This document shows positions 32,455 to 42,785 of a stretch of DNA of 64,000 nt, piece by piece. The translations under genes and the position numbers were made by a program. This stretch comes from Blastocatellia bacterium. Lineage in GTDB: Bacteria > Acidobacteriota > Blastocatellia > UBA7656. How positions within the stretch are numbered: the first letter of the stretch is position 1; every line of letters begins with the position of its first letter. The stretch is from the NCBI GenBank assembly GCA_963765495.1, contig CAVXWP010000001.1:960001-1024000 (forward strand). Reading direction: 5' to 3'. The notes below the pieces were generated by a model that had not been told where the DNA came from, ran no database searches, and was given only the letters and a program-made list of their open reading frames with translations.

Positions 32455-33956
32455 TGTCCTGCCGCCTGTCGGAGACGCGCGCGGGCTATCTGATAATCGA
32501 AGAGCGCCTGAAACAGAGCGGCCCGCTGCGCGGCAAGTGTCGTTTGCGCGTCCGTGACCTCGATGATTTGAGCCTCGCCCGCGCGATAGCGAGAGATCGA
32601 AGTTTGCAGATTTTGCTCCGCTTCCGTGATGCCGTTGCGCAATACGCTGACGCGAGCGGCAGCCGAAAGGGCCTGTGCCCGCGCCGAATAAAATTGCTGG
32701 GTAAAGTTACGCAAGGCCAGATCGCTTTGCGACTTCAGCGATTTCGCCCGGAGGTCGGCCTGCCGCTCCCGGCTCTTTGTCAATCCCCAGTCAAAGATGG
32801 GGATCGTGACATTGATTGTCGCAAGCACACCCGAGTGCTCTTTCAAGGGGTCGGGGTTTAGCGAGTCGGTATTGAATCCGCCGTATATCGAGTAGCTGAC
32901 CTGCGGCAGGCGTTCGGCGTGAGCGGCCTTCTTTTCCTGTTCGGCTGCTCGGCGCTCGGCCTCGAACTGTTTGAGTTCGGGCCGCTGAGCGATAGTGGCC
33001 GTCGTGAAGCGATCAAGCTCGGCCGGGTCGGGCGGCGCTATCTCAAGATCGGTTGCGGCGATTGGTCTGGCCAGATCATACCCGACGAATACGCGCAGGC
33101 TGTCGGCGGCTACGATCTCTTCTGCGCGAGCCTGTTCCAGTTCGTCGCGGCGAGTGATGGTCTGCAAACGCGCGCGCGTCAGGTCTACCTGGGCGACTTC
33201 GCCGCCTTCGGCAAGCAACCCTGTGACGTGCTCGAATTCTTCTGCGGCGGCCAGTGTAAGCTCTGCCGAGCGGCGGCGCGCTGCGGCAAGCGCCAGCCCG
33301 TAATAGGTTTCATTGACGGCTGAAATCAACTCTCTGCGAGCCACTTCGGTCCCCGCCCGCGCCGCTTCGAGAAGCGCCTGATTGCGTCTGAGCGTAGCGC
33401 GCAGCCGGCCTGACAGGTCTATATCGCCCGCGACACCCGCAAGAGCTTCGTAGGCCGTGATCGCATCAGCGCTGATAAAGCTTGGCGAGCGCGGCACGCC
33501 TTGCAAGTGTGGGCCAGTAGCGGGCGAGTTGTAGGTGAAAGACAGGGGCGCGGTAATCTGCGGCAGAAAAGCGAGTCGCGCCTGCCGCACATCTTCGGCC
33601 GCGCTCAACTCGTTCAATTGCGCCTGTTGAAAATTTGACACCTGATTGAGCGCGAGGCTTACCGCATCATTTAAGGCCAGAGGAGTAGTCTGCGATGCGG
33701 GCGATTGGGTTTGCGGCTGAGTCGCCTGAGCCGGAGGCGATGCGGGGGCGGTCGGATTTGCGGGCGGGCTCTGAGGATTCTGTTGCTGCGTTTGAGCGGG
33801 CTCGGATGGTTTTGGTTCTTGCGCGGGCTCTTGCTGGCGACCCCATGCCCAGCCTGCTATCGCGGCAATGAGTGAGGCCGCGGTTAATATGCGCGCGAAA
33901 AAAATGAGATAGCCTTGCTCTCTCGCAAGAGCAGAGCATCGGGTTTGTTTGATCAT
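32451..33956 (-). CDS. TolC family outer membrane protein
   Basis: OEP repeats, IPIFDWG, RYRAGEAQIIEV. Start uncertain. Confidence 0.9.
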   Translation of the reverse strand: MIKQTRCSALAREQGYLIFFARILTAASLIAAIAGWAWGRQQEPAQEPKPSEPAQTQQQNPQSPPANPTAPASPPAQATQPQTQSPASQTTPLALNDAVSLALNQVSNFQQAQLNELSAAEDVRQARLAFLPQITAPLSFTYNSPATGPHLQGVPRSPSFISADAITAYEALAGVAGDIDLSGRLRATLRRNQALLEAARAGTEVARRELISAVNETYYGLALAAARRRSAELTLAAAEEFEHVTGLLAEGGEVAQVDLTRARLQTITRRDELEQARAEEIVAADSLRVFVGYDLARPIAATDLEIAPPDPAELDRFTTATIAQRPELKQFEAERRAAEQEKKAAHAERLPQVSYSIYGGFNTDSLNPDPLKEHSGVLATINVTIPIFDWGLTKSRERQADLRAKSLKSQSDLALRNFTQQFYSARAQALSAAARVSVLRNGITEAEQNLQTSISRYRAGEAQIIEVTDAQTTLAAQRAALFQALFDYQIARARLRQAAGQ

Positions 33957-34016
33957 CTGTGTCTCAGGCCGTGGCAACCTCACCTGGTTATCCAAAATGT
34001 AGAAGAGGAAAAGGGG

Positions 34017-34043
34017 AATAGGCCGCGTCATCCGCGGCCTATT
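34017..34043. repeat. 11-bp perfect hairpin, short relative of 13752-13853
   Basis: AATAGGCCGCG-TCATC-CGCGGCCTATT. Confidence 0.75.
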
Positions 34044-34097
34044 TGTGCTCGCCCTCTCGCTCAAATTCACATTCAATACTCTTGCCTCTAATCGTTT

Positions 34098-35006
34098 CTA
34101 CTCTTTATTGATAGTAGAGTTGTCGAGAATCTTGCCGTCGGGGCCTATCGCTTCTACATTCATGGATTTGTCTTCGACCTGGACTATCAGGAAGGAATTG
34201 ACCTCATCATTTCCGGCCTCAAATAATCCGCTCCTGCGATTCAGGTTTCCCTTTCGAAGCTGCCCGCTTGCGCCTTCCGTAAAGTAATGTACCCCATTTT
34301 GCGGTTTCACACGCTCGTAAACATGGTCGTGACCGGCAAAGACGGCATCCACCTTGTATTTTATAAACAGCGGCTCGACCAGTGCGCGCAGCCTGAGATC
34401 GGAACCGTGCTTTCGACCGGAAGAGTAGATCGGGTGATGAAAGAAGGCGACCTTCCATCTGGCTTTGGATGATTTCAAAGCGTCTTCGAGCCAGGACAAT
34501 TGTTTCTGGTCCATCTCGGTCGAATCGAGCGCAAAGAATTCAATGAGTCCGCCACCGGTCAGTTTATCAATCAGACCCTCTCCCTTTGTGAAACTATAAT
34601 AGCGGCGATTGTCCATGTGAAATTTATCGTAAGATATTTCTGCCGCCGCACCCTTTCGCTCGTCGTGATTTCCGAGCACGGCATAAAACTTTATCCCGTC
34701 ATCGAGCAAATCCTTGTAGGGGTCTTCGAATCGGGCCTTGATAAGTGTAGATTTGCCGTCGGGGTAGATGTTGTCGCCAAGCATAAGGACGAAATCGAAA
34801 TGGACCTTGTCGCGATAAGTTTTCATCTGGCGGGCAACCTGAAACTGCGGCTCCTCGCCTGTGCCCGTGTCGCCTATCACGGCGAAGGCGAGCGGGTCTT
34901 TCGCGGTAGTTATGTGAGTGGGTGTTGCCTCGGCGGCTACGAGCAGCGCCAGAAAGGCCGGAAGAAACAGAGCTTTTAGGATTAAGCTCAAGCGGCTGAT
35001 TGTCAT
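34098..35006 (-). CDS. secreted calcineurin-like metallophosphoesterase (acid phosphatase-like)
   Basis: GDTG, GDNIY, GNHD, HHP, GHDH motifs and a signal peptide. Confidence 0.92.
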   Translation of the reverse strand: MTISRLSLILKALFLPAFLALLVAAEATPTHITTAKDPLAFAVIGDTGTGEEPQFQVARQMKTYRDKVHFDFVLMLGDNIYPDGKSTLIKARFEDPYKDLLDDGIKFYAVLGNHDERKGAAAEISYDKFHMDNRRYYSFTKGEGLIDKLTGGGLIEFFALDSTEMDQKQLSWLEDALKSSKARWKVAFFHHPIYSSGRKHGSDLRLRALVEPLFIKYKVDAVFAGHDHVYERVKPQNGVHYFTEGASGQLRKGNLNRRSGLFEAGNDEVNSFLIVQVEDKSMNVEAIGPDGKILDNSTINKE

Positions 35007-35043
35007 TGATCCTCGCGTGAATTCGATTTTAGCGACCCCTTAT

Positions 35044-35075
35044 ATTTTATTTGTTGCTGATGAACAGAAGATTAA
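35044..35075 (-). promoter_or_regulatory. putative OmpR-family activator site plus -10
   Basis: Minus strand TTAATC-N5-TTCATC-N9-TAAAAT, same geometry as 44958-44989. Confidence 0.6.
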
Positions 35076-35296
35076 CAGGGGGTTTGCGAAAAACTATTTA
35101 TTCGCCATAACAACCTCATTGCGGATCAGCCCGATTCTAGCACCTTGCTCGACAGGCTTCTATATCTGCTGCTTGCTTGCTCCACAGAGCGCTTTCTGTA
35201 TGCACATACCCAATCCAGCCAACTTCGCGGATAGGCAGGGTTGCGCGGTGGGGGGGAATAAGCGAAGGCCTCTTGCATAATTATATCCACCGGCTG

Positions 35297-36118
35297 TTAA
35301 TATCGAAGCGATGATCGAAAAACTTCATACAGAAGCAGGCTGCCCGCTACAGCGACATTGAGCGAATCCACGCCTTCTTTCATTGGGATGCGAACGAGAT
35401 CGCTGCATATTAACCGCTCGCCTTCGGTCAGACCGGTTCGCTCATTCCCCAGTAGAAGTATCGTAGGACGTGCGTAACAAACCTGGTCGTAATTCAATTG
35501 TCCATCGGGAGAAGCCCCGACTACCTGTAGATTGTGCGATTTTATCCAGTGCCGGAACTGTTTGGCATTTGTTCTCACTATCCTCTGGTTGAATATTGCA
35601 CCCATCGTCGCTCGGACTACATTCGGATCGTAAGGATCTATGCCGTCTCCGATGAAGATAAACCCTGCGCCGCCGACGGCTGCCGATGTTCGCATCAGCG
35701 ATCCCAGATTTCCAAGTGAACGGATTCGACTGAGAGCAACCCAGCATAGGCTTTCGTTGGGATTCGTCTGATCAAGCCTTTGGGCATGTTGGCGAAGTAT
35801 CGCTCCCACGCCAGATGCGCGTTCAGTCTGGGAGATTTGTCGAAACTGTTCTGGAGAAACGCGCGCGAATGGAGCCCCGGCGCGTTTCAACCTGCGCACC
35901 ATCTTTCTGGCGATGGGGGATATAAGAAGTTTCTCGCAGTAAAATAGTGCATCTATCGAGAAGCCGCAGTCTACTGCCAAGACGAAGTTGCGTATTCCTT
36001 CGACGAAGAACAGTCCATTATTGTCGCGATAGGCGCGATCGAACTGGAGCTTCTTGATCTTCGCTAAGACAGGAGCGATTTCCAATTGCCGAAAATCGGC
36101 TGTTGCTTCATCGCTCAT
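35297..36118 (-). CDS. TrmH/SpoU family RNA 2'-O-methyltransferase
   Basis: FFVEG, GNLGSLMRT, LLGNERTGL, VRIPM...DSLNVAVA. Confidence 0.92.
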   Translation of the reverse strand: MSDEATADFRQLEIAPVLAKIKKLQFDRAYRDNNGLFFVEGIRNFVLAVDCGFSIDALFYCEKLLISPIARKMVRRLKRAGAPFARVSPEQFRQISQTERASGVGAILRQHAQRLDQTNPNESLCWVALSRIRSLGNLGSLMRTSAAVGGAGFIFIGDGIDPYDPNVVRATMGAIFNQRIVRTNAKQFRHWIKSHNLQVVGASPDGQLNYDQVCYARPTILLLGNERTGLTEGERLICSDLVRIPMKEGVDSLNVAVAGSLLLYEVFRSSLRY

Positions 36119-36750
36119 TCTCCTTTAGCTGAACCGGATGGTTAGAGTAATTTGAAGGCATTTTCATTTGTCTTAGATAAGCAATTTGCTTTGAACAAAT
36201 TTTTCGGCTAAACCGAATCGGACTGGCATTATACTCCAGTCCAATAAATTAAAACAACATTTCCCTTAGCCTCATCGACGATCAGTTGAACACTTGATCT
36301 ATAACTTTGCTATTCCTAAACACCCTTTCAAGGCTAAACTGATCGAATAGCTCAACGACTGGTTAAATTCGATCAGAGTTTATACGCCTTGCGTGCGAGA
36401 AAAATGAGACGCGGGTGAAAAAGCTGTGAGAAAATCGGTCCAATGAGGCAGCAAAGGATGCAATCGACCAGCTATATTTGATAAGTTCTATCTGTATGTC
36501 GATAATCGCCAGCTACTATATTAGGTCTGGCCGCGAGCCTCTCAAAAGAGCAGAGGCTCGTGAAGATGATTAAAGAGATTCGCATGCTGCACGTAGGCGA
36601 TGCTGGTTATGAGGAGTCTGATCTGATCGAGGATCTGAAATACAAATGCGAGCGGCAGGGAATTGAGTGGGATGAGAAGCTTGTTTGTAAATTGCTTAAT
36701 CAAGCTGGTACAGGACGCTAAACTCTGAGTTAAGTCCGAAGGAGACCTGC

Positions 36751-37935
36751 ATGAAGGTTGCCATCAACGGTGCTGGCATCGCCGGTCCGACGCTAGCCTA
36801 CTGGCTGCGGGAATCCGGTCACGACGTGTTGCTCGTCGAGCAGTCGCCACAGCTTCGCAGCGGCGGCTATGCCATCGACTTCTGGGGGGTCGGCTACGAC
36901 ATCGCCGAAAAGATGGGTCTGCTTCCCCGAATTAGAGAATTGGGCTATCAGGTGAAGGAGGTGCGCTATGTCGACCGGCATGGCCGCAAGAGCGGCGGCT
37001 TCTCGGTCAACGTTTTCAGCCGCATGACCAACGGACGCTTCACCGAGCTGCGGCGCTCCGACCTTGCCGCCACGATCTACCGTGCGCTGGATGGAAGGGT
37101 CGAGACGATCTTTGGCGACTCCATTGTAAGGATCGAGGATGAGGGTAATCGCGTACGGGTCGACTTCGATCATGCTGCTCCGCGCGAAGTCGACCTGGTC
37201 ATTGGAGCGGACGGGTTGCATTCGCGTGTTCGCCAGCTAGTGTTCGGGCCCGAGGCAGGGTTCGAAGTCTCACTCGGTTATCACGTCGCCGCGTTTGAGA
37301 TCGAAGGTTATCGACCACGCGATGAACTCGTAGCGGTCAGCCACGCGGTTCCGGGAAGACAGATTTTGCGATTGTCCTTGCACGATGACGTGACGCTTTT
37401 TCTCTTCGTTTTTCGTAACGAGTACTTGACCGCCGAAAGTCCATCGAGCGAGCAAGAATGCAAATCGGTGCTAACAAACGTCTTTGCTGATGTCGGCTGG
37501 GAATGTCCCCGGATTCTCGCGGCAATGGAGGATGTCAGGGGCGTCTATTTCGACCGTGTCAGCCAGATTCGCATGGATCGCTGGACAACAGGACGCACGG
37601 CACTAATCGGCGATGCCGCAGCCTGCGTCTCCCTCGTTGCCGGTGAGGGAACAGGGCTTGCGATGGCCGAGGCTTATGTGCTCGCAGGCGAACTTCGCGA
37701 GAGCAGAGGCGATTATCGCGCTGCCTTCGCTCGCTATGAGGAACGCTTGATGCCGTTTTTGAAGCGCAAGCAGGAGTCGGCGGCGAAATTCGCCTCATCA
37801 TTCGCCCCGAAGACAGCCTTCGGCATCAAGTTCCGCGATGTTGTAACCCGGCTAATGCGAATACCTATAGTTGCAGATTATTTCATTGGCCGCGACCTTC
37901 GAGACGACATCAAACTCCCCGACTACCGGTTCTAG
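36751..37935 (+). CDS. FAD-dependent monooxygenase
   Basis: GAGIAG, GADGLHSRVR, LIGDAA...GEGTGLA. SD AAGGAG. Confidence 0.92.
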   Translation: MKVAINGAGIAGPTLAYWLRESGHDVLLVEQSPQLRSGGYAIDFWGVGYDIAEKMGLLPRIRELGYQVKEVRYVDRHGRKSGGFSVNVFSRMTNGRFTELRRSDLAATIYRALDGRVETIFGDSIVRIEDEGNRVRVDFDHAAPREVDLVIGADGLHSRVRQLVFGPEAGFEVSLGYHVAAFEIEGYRPRDELVAVSHAVPGRQILRLSLHDDVTLFLFVFRNEYLTAESPSSEQECKSVLTNVFADVGWECPRILAAMEDVRGVYFDRVSQIRMDRWTTGRTALIGDAAACVSLVAGEGTGLAMAEAYVLAGELRESRGDYRAAFARYEERLMPFLKRKQESAAKFASSFAPKTAFGIKFRDVVTRLMRIPIVADYFIGRDLRDDIKLPDYRF

Positions 37936-38359
37936 CCAACAAGCCGTTACTGATGGGAGGATAGACAGAATGTTTCCTCATCTCAGATCGAGAGAAGGGC
38001 TTTCAGAGAAGATTGTGAAATACCCTGATCAAGCGCATTCTAGCCTGCTTCAAGCGATCTCCTGCCGGTTCAATGTCTGGAATGTCTCCGGCTCCGAGCG
38101 TTTGTAGGCGAGTTTAGAGCGTTGTAGAGGCAAAATAGAGAAGGGAATTGGACGAAGCTACATTACAGGCTCCGAGGGCGCGGTCGCGACGATCAGGACC
38201 TGGCTAAAGCGCGCCGCTGAATTCGTCCTTAGCCCTCCGATAGTAGCAATTCGATGAGTGCTTGAGGCGTTGATTGCCCATCAATACTCTGGTATGCTGC
38301 CACTCGATTTCCTCAATATTCTTGTCATTGTGCACAACCGGATTATGAGTCGAATCAAT

Positions 38360-38770
38360 ATGGGAAACAAACTTCAAAGGACGTATCTATTTTTCACACT
38401 AATTGCAACTCTCGTACTTGTTGTCCATACTGCCTTCGCGCAAACTGACAATACTCCCAAGAAGAGGCTGCGAAGCCCGGCGACAGTCAGGGGGGGCATT
38501 GGCGGCGAGGCACATGACAGCTATGTGATTCGGGCGCGTAAAGGCCAAACATTGACTGTGCAAATCTCCTGGCGAAACGAAGGCGACAATCACGCCGAGT
38601 TTACAATTAGCGAATCGCGTAACTTCTTTGATGCCGAGCAAGTGGGTTTTGGAAAGGCGTCGGACGATAATAAACGATGGACCGGAAAGGTTCCCAGGAC
38701 ACGTGATTATTACGTCTACGTAGTTGCCCATCCTTTGGCTCACTACACAATCAGGGTGACAACCAGATAG
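38360..38770 (+). CDS. small secreted beta-sandwich protein (PPC-like)
   Basis: Signal peptide AFA, DSYVIRARKGQTLTV, WTGKVPRTRDYYVYV. Confidence 0.65.
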   Translation: MGNKLQRTYLFFTLIATLVLVVHTAFAQTDNTPKKRLRSPATVRGGIGGEAHDSYVIRARKGQTLTVQISWRNEGDNHAEFTISESRNFFDAEQVGFGKASDDNKRWTGKVPRTRDYYVYVVAHPLAHYTIRVTTR

Positions 38771-38908
38771 AGCTTTGTACCAAAGTATACCTCGCTGAGA
38801 AACCTACAATGCAGCAAAGATAGATAGGAGCGTCAGTTCGAAACATGATGATGAGCAAATGAAGCTTGCGAGGAGATAGATGTATTTTCGAGTTGAGAGA
38901 TAAGCGCA

Positions 38909-39417
38909 TCACATCACCAGCGCCGATCCTTCCTGCGTGAAGTCCAGCACCTCGCCACACTCACACCTCATAAACGGAGTCGAGCGCGCGTCAATCAATC
39001 GAGCCTCACGCATTCGGGCGCGTCGCTTCAAATCGGCAACGTTGCCGGTCGCAGTTAAAGCGGAGAAAAGAAATCTATGAGGCGATGCACCCTGAGACGG
39101 GCCACAGCAAAGCGCCCGGGTTATGCAGCAACTGCCAGGTGAGATGCGGTACTCGGCTGAAAATATCCCCTCAACTATTCCACCGGCAACGTTGCTGGTG
39201 ATTCGCTCGGCCGCTCCCTCCAGATCATCCGAGAACTGGCAAGCCAATATCTCGGCCTCATTCCAGACATCAGCCATCACAGATGAAAGCCCGGCCTCGG
39301 CCTGGGGTCTGAGCATATCCGCCTGTTTGATCGCATCGCCTAAAGCTCGGATAACTCATACTGGGCTCGACAAACTCTTGGCGTAAGGATTGAATTCTGT
39401 GGGAGTCGAACACCCAT
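38909..39417 (-). pseudogene. hypothetical gene, possibly frameshifted near 39355
   Basis: The frame of the 135-aa ORF is open upstream only to a TGA. Another frame supplies an ATG-initiated N-terminus, MGVRLPQ...CRAQYE. Confidence 0.35.
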
Positions 39418-39439
39418 GCTGAGGGTTATACCTTATATT

Positions 39440-39494
39440 TTCTTGTTGTAATCCCACAGGAGACGTGATACCTTATGTGGCCATACAACAGGAG
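39440..39494. promoter_or_regulatory. tandem putative PadR operators
   Basis: TTCTTGTTG-N5-CCACAGGAG and CTTATGTGG-N5-CAACAGGAG, 32 bp apart. The second covers the SD. Confidence 0.6.
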
Positions 39495-39501
39495 AAGATC
39501 T

Positions 39502-39855
39502 ATGGGAGAATCTAAGTTAGATTTATTGCAAGGGACACTCGACCTTATGGTACTACAGACGCTCGCAGCGATGGGAGCGATGCACGGTTACGGAATTGCT
39601 CGCCGGATCGAGCAAGTGAGCGGTGATGAAGTTCTGCTCAATCAGGGGACTATTTACGCTTCGCTTGTCAGGCTGCAACATCGAGGACTGATATCGGCCG
39701 AATGGGGAACCTCGGCTAACAATCGTAAGGCAAAGTTCTATTCCATCACCCAAAAAGGACGCAAACATCTCTCTGATGACGCGGCATACTGGCGCAGGCT
39801 TGCAACAGTTATGGGGAAGGTACTCGACATGCAGGAAGAAGGAGGGGAGCAATGA
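39502..39855 (+). CDS. PadR family regulator (acidobacterial type)
   Basis: DLLQGTLDLMVL, HGYGIARRIEQ, QGTIY..L.RL, WG.S.NNRKAKFY. Confidence 0.93.
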   Translation: MGESKLDLLQGTLDLMVLQTLAAMGAMHGYGIARRIEQVSGDEVLLNQGTIYASLVRLQHRGLISAEWGTSANNRKAKFYSITQKGRKHLSDDAAYWRRLATVMGKVLDMQEEGGEQ

Positions 39856-42494
39856 TCGATTTTGTGCAGCGAACGATTCGTCGTCTGATGGCTGTTTTCC
39901 GCTATGAGCAACTGGATAACGATCTCGACGAGGAAATGGCGGCTCATCTTGATCTGGCAACCGAAGAATACATCCAGCGCGGCATGTCGCCAGGGGAGGC
40001 TCGCCGCCATGCGTTAATTAGATTCGGCAGTCCAGGGCGTGCGAAGGAGCGGCATCGCGATGTTCGAGGCCTTCCTGCCGTGGAAATCCTGATTCAAGAT
40101 ATTCGGTATTCCCTTCGCGCCTTTCGACGGAATCGAGGGTTCACCATAGTTGCGGTATTGATACTCGCTCTGGGGATTGGCGCCAATATCGCCGTCTTCA
40201 GCGTAGTCAACACTATCTTGCTGCGGCCACTGCCTTTTCCTGACCCGCAACAGCTCGCGTGGCTGGCGGTCGGAAATGGAGAAGGCGGTCTATCGAGCGT
40301 CACCTACACCGTAAGCGCTTATGAAGAATTTCAGCGACATAATCAGTCTTTCCAACAGATCACAAGTTACAATCCATTTCTTGGCAACAGCGAAACAAAA
40401 TTGATAGGCCGGGGTGAACCGCAACCTGTCGCAGGTCTTATGATAGCTGAAAATTTCTTTCAAACTCTGGGCGTTCAACCTCTTCTCGGACGATTCTTTT
40501 TGCCCGAAGAATGCCAGAAGGGTGGCCCTCCGGCGGTTATTCTCGGCCACGCCTTTTGGCAGCGACAGTTTAGCGGCGACCCAAACATAGTTGGCCAGGC
40601 AATTACTCTGAATAACACAAGCGCGACGGTTGTCGGCGTGCTTCCTCCGAGCTTCGATTTCGGCTCCGTATTTTCGCCTGGTGTGAGAATGGATCTTTAT
40701 ATGCCTGCCCCTATGGATGTACTGCGCGATTGGGGCAATACACTTGCTTTGATTGGGCGGCTAAAACCAGGAGTAACGATAGCTCAAGCCCAGACGGAAG
40801 CTAATGTCGTCTTTCCAGAACTCAGGGCTGCGCATCCGGAATGGTTCATGGATTATTCTTCGACAATCACGGGGCTGAAAGATCACGTCAGTGGCAAGCT
40901 CCACCGGGCTCTCGTCGTATTGTGGTGCGCTGTAGGTCTCATATTTCTAATCATCTGCGTCAATCTTTCAAACCTGATGCTGGCGCGGACCGCTGCGCGC
41001 AGCAAAGAATTTGCCCTGCGCAGCGCGCTTGGTGCAACCCGGGGAAGATTGATTCGACAGCTTTTAACTGAAAGCCTGCTGTTATCGCTTGCCGGTGGAG
41101 TCTTTGGGTTGATGTTAGGGTTTGCGCTTACTTTTTACATTTCGCATCAAGGGTCAATCGCGCTGCCTCTGCTCAGCAGTGTTGGCGTGGATAGATCAGC
41201 CCTCATGTGGGCGGGAGTTATCACAATCAGCGCCGGGATACTTTTCGGACTGGCTCCGGGCCTCAGAATTTCCTCGGGCAATTTGCAGGAATCGCTCAAG
41301 GATTCGGGCCCCGGGTTGAGCGAGGGCAGGAAGCGATCCCGATTGCGTTCAGTGCTGGTTGTCTCGGAGATGGCGCTCGCCTGCGTCCTGCTTGTCGGCG
41401 CCGGTCTAATGCTGCGTAGCTTTTTGCGCGTGCTGGATGTAGATCTGGGTTTCAACCCGAGCCATGCGGCTGCGATCAAGATCGACTATGACGATGGTGG
41501 GAATCTGGAACGTCGCAGCGCGATACTTCAGGATATGCTGGAACAAGTCCGCGCTCTTCCCGGTGTGGAAGCCGCTGGTATCACGGATATGCTGCCCCTC
41601 GATAGGAATCGCAGTTGGAGCATGGTGGCAAAGGGAAGAGTCTATCCGAAGGGAGAGGATCTCTCGGTTTTCATCCGCATGGTTACGCCCGGATACATCA
41701 AAGCGATGGGCATGAAATTGCTTGAGGGGCGCGACTTCACCTGGGAAGACAATGCGAACAGCCAATCCGTAATCATCATCAACGAGGCGGCGGCCCGTCG
41801 TCATTGGCCCGGTGAAAATCCAATCGGACGTATGGTAAACGGCATCAGCAGAGGAGAGAGCCGGGTGATAGGAGTAATTGCGAATGTTCGCCAGAATAGT
41901 CTGGAAGAGGGTGTGGGACCGGAAGTTTTTACGCCCATGATACAATCAGACCCAGAAGGAGCGGAGCTGGTTGTTCGCTCCTCTCTTCCTCCCGAGGCGA
42001 TAGCTCCCAGCGTGATAGGCTCACTTCGCGCACGCAACTCTAATCAACTCGCGGCAGAATTTCGACCCGTCCAGCGGCTTGTCGATCACGCCGTCTCACC
42101 GCGCCGCTTCTTTGCAATGCTGGTCAGCGCATTCGCGGCTCTTGGTTTGATTCTGGCTGCGCTTGGTATCTACGGGGTCATCTCGTATTCTGTGACGAGG
42201 CAGACACAAGAGATCGGCATTCGTATGGCCCTCGGAGCTACATCAAGGCGAGTACAGCTAAGCGTCATCGCAAAGACCTTACGCCTGGCACTGGTAGGGG
42301 TTTGGATTGGGACACTTCTGTCCATGGCTGTGGCGAAGCTAATCGGGTCATTGCTGTTTGAAACGGTGCCGACTGATCTGGCGACCTTCGCGGGAACGAT
42401 TTTTTTGCTGAGTTGTGTTGCATTTGTTGCCGGGTACATTCCGGCGCGGCGGGCCTCAAGGATAGACCCCATGATTGCTCTCCGAAGTAACTGA
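39852..42494 (+). CDS. acidobacterial duplicated orphan permease (ADOP, MacB/FtsX repeat)
   Basis: LDEEM..HL prefix, LALGIGAN.AVFS, two FtsX halves, EIGIRMALGA, PARRASRIDP. Confidence 0.93.
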   Translation: MIDFVQRTIRRLMAVFRYEQLDNDLDEEMAAHLDLATEEYIQRGMSPGEARRHALIRFGSPGRAKERHRDVRGLPAVEILIQDIRYSLRAFRRNRGFTIVAVLILALGIGANIAVFSVVNTILLRPLPFPDPQQLAWLAVGNGEGGLSSVTYTVSAYEEFQRHNQSFQQITSYNPFLGNSETKLIGRGEPQPVAGLMIAENFFQTLGVQPLLGRFFLPEECQKGGPPAVILGHAFWQRQFSGDPNIVGQAITLNNTSATVVGVLPPSFDFGSVFSPGVRMDLYMPAPMDVLRDWGNTLALIGRLKPGVTIAQAQTEANVVFPELRAAHPEWFMDYSSTITGLKDHVSGKLHRALVVLWCAVGLIFLIICVNLSNLMLARTAARSKEFALRSALGATRGRLIRQLLTESLLLSLAGGVFGLMLGFALTFYISHQGSIALPLLSSVGVDRSALMWAGVITISAGILFGLAPGLRISSGNLQESLKDSGPGLSEGRKRSRLRSVLVVSEMALACVLLVGAGLMLRSFLRVLDVDLGFNPSHAAAIKIDYDDGGNLERRSAILQDMLEQVRALPGVEAAGITDMLPLDRNRSWSMVAKGRVYPKGEDLSVFIRMVTPGYIKAMGMKLLEGRDFTWEDNANSQSVIIINEAAARRHWPGENPIGRMVNGISRGESRVIGVIANVRQNSLEEGVGPEVFTPMIQSDPEGAELVVRSSLPPEAIAPSVIGSLRARNSNQLAAEFRPVQRLVDHAVSPRRFFAMLVSAFAALGLILAALGIYGVISYSVTRQTQEIGIRMALGATSRRVQLSVIAKTLRLALVGVWIGTLLSMAVAKLIGSLLFETVPTDLATFAGTIFLLSCVAFVAGYIPARRASRIDPMIALRSN

Positions 42495-42760
42495 AACTCC
42501 CACTTCGTCCAGGCGCAATCTGCAATGAGAGAGTAATCAGAGCTTACCTAAACCTACAAACTTTTTTGGAGGCATTCGGGTATGGAAAGGTTAGTGATCG
42601 GTGTCCCTGAGTTTCGTATTGAGCCTTTTTGAAGCTTTTACTTGCTGCGGGGCTTAATTGCTTCTTTGAGTGGGCGATTTCGTGGCTCCATAGATTTCGT
42701 TCCTCAAAGGGTCATCGCTCGCCGTGTGCGAAGCACATCTCAGGCCATCTCGGGCGATCC

Positions 42761-42785
42761 GGGCAAGGACAAGCCTTGCCCCTAC
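42761..42785 (-). repeat. GTAG-type REP
   Basis: Minus strand GTAG-GGGCAAGG-CTTGT-CCTTGCCC. Confidence 0.65.

Noticed and set aside
36566-36721. 51-aa ORF MIKEIRMLHVG... with an upstream 9-bp hairpin
   Set aside because: No convincing SD or motif; may be a gene remnant but cannot be supported.
36729-37950. Integron-cassette-like ends around the FAD monooxygenase (GTTAAGT ... GCCAACAAGCCGTT)
   Set aside because: The ends are not complementary, with no full attC hairpin and no integrase.
39399-39415. GTTCGACTCCC on the minus strand resembling a tRNA T-loop or att site
   Set aside because: The flanks do not form a T-stem or cloverleaf.
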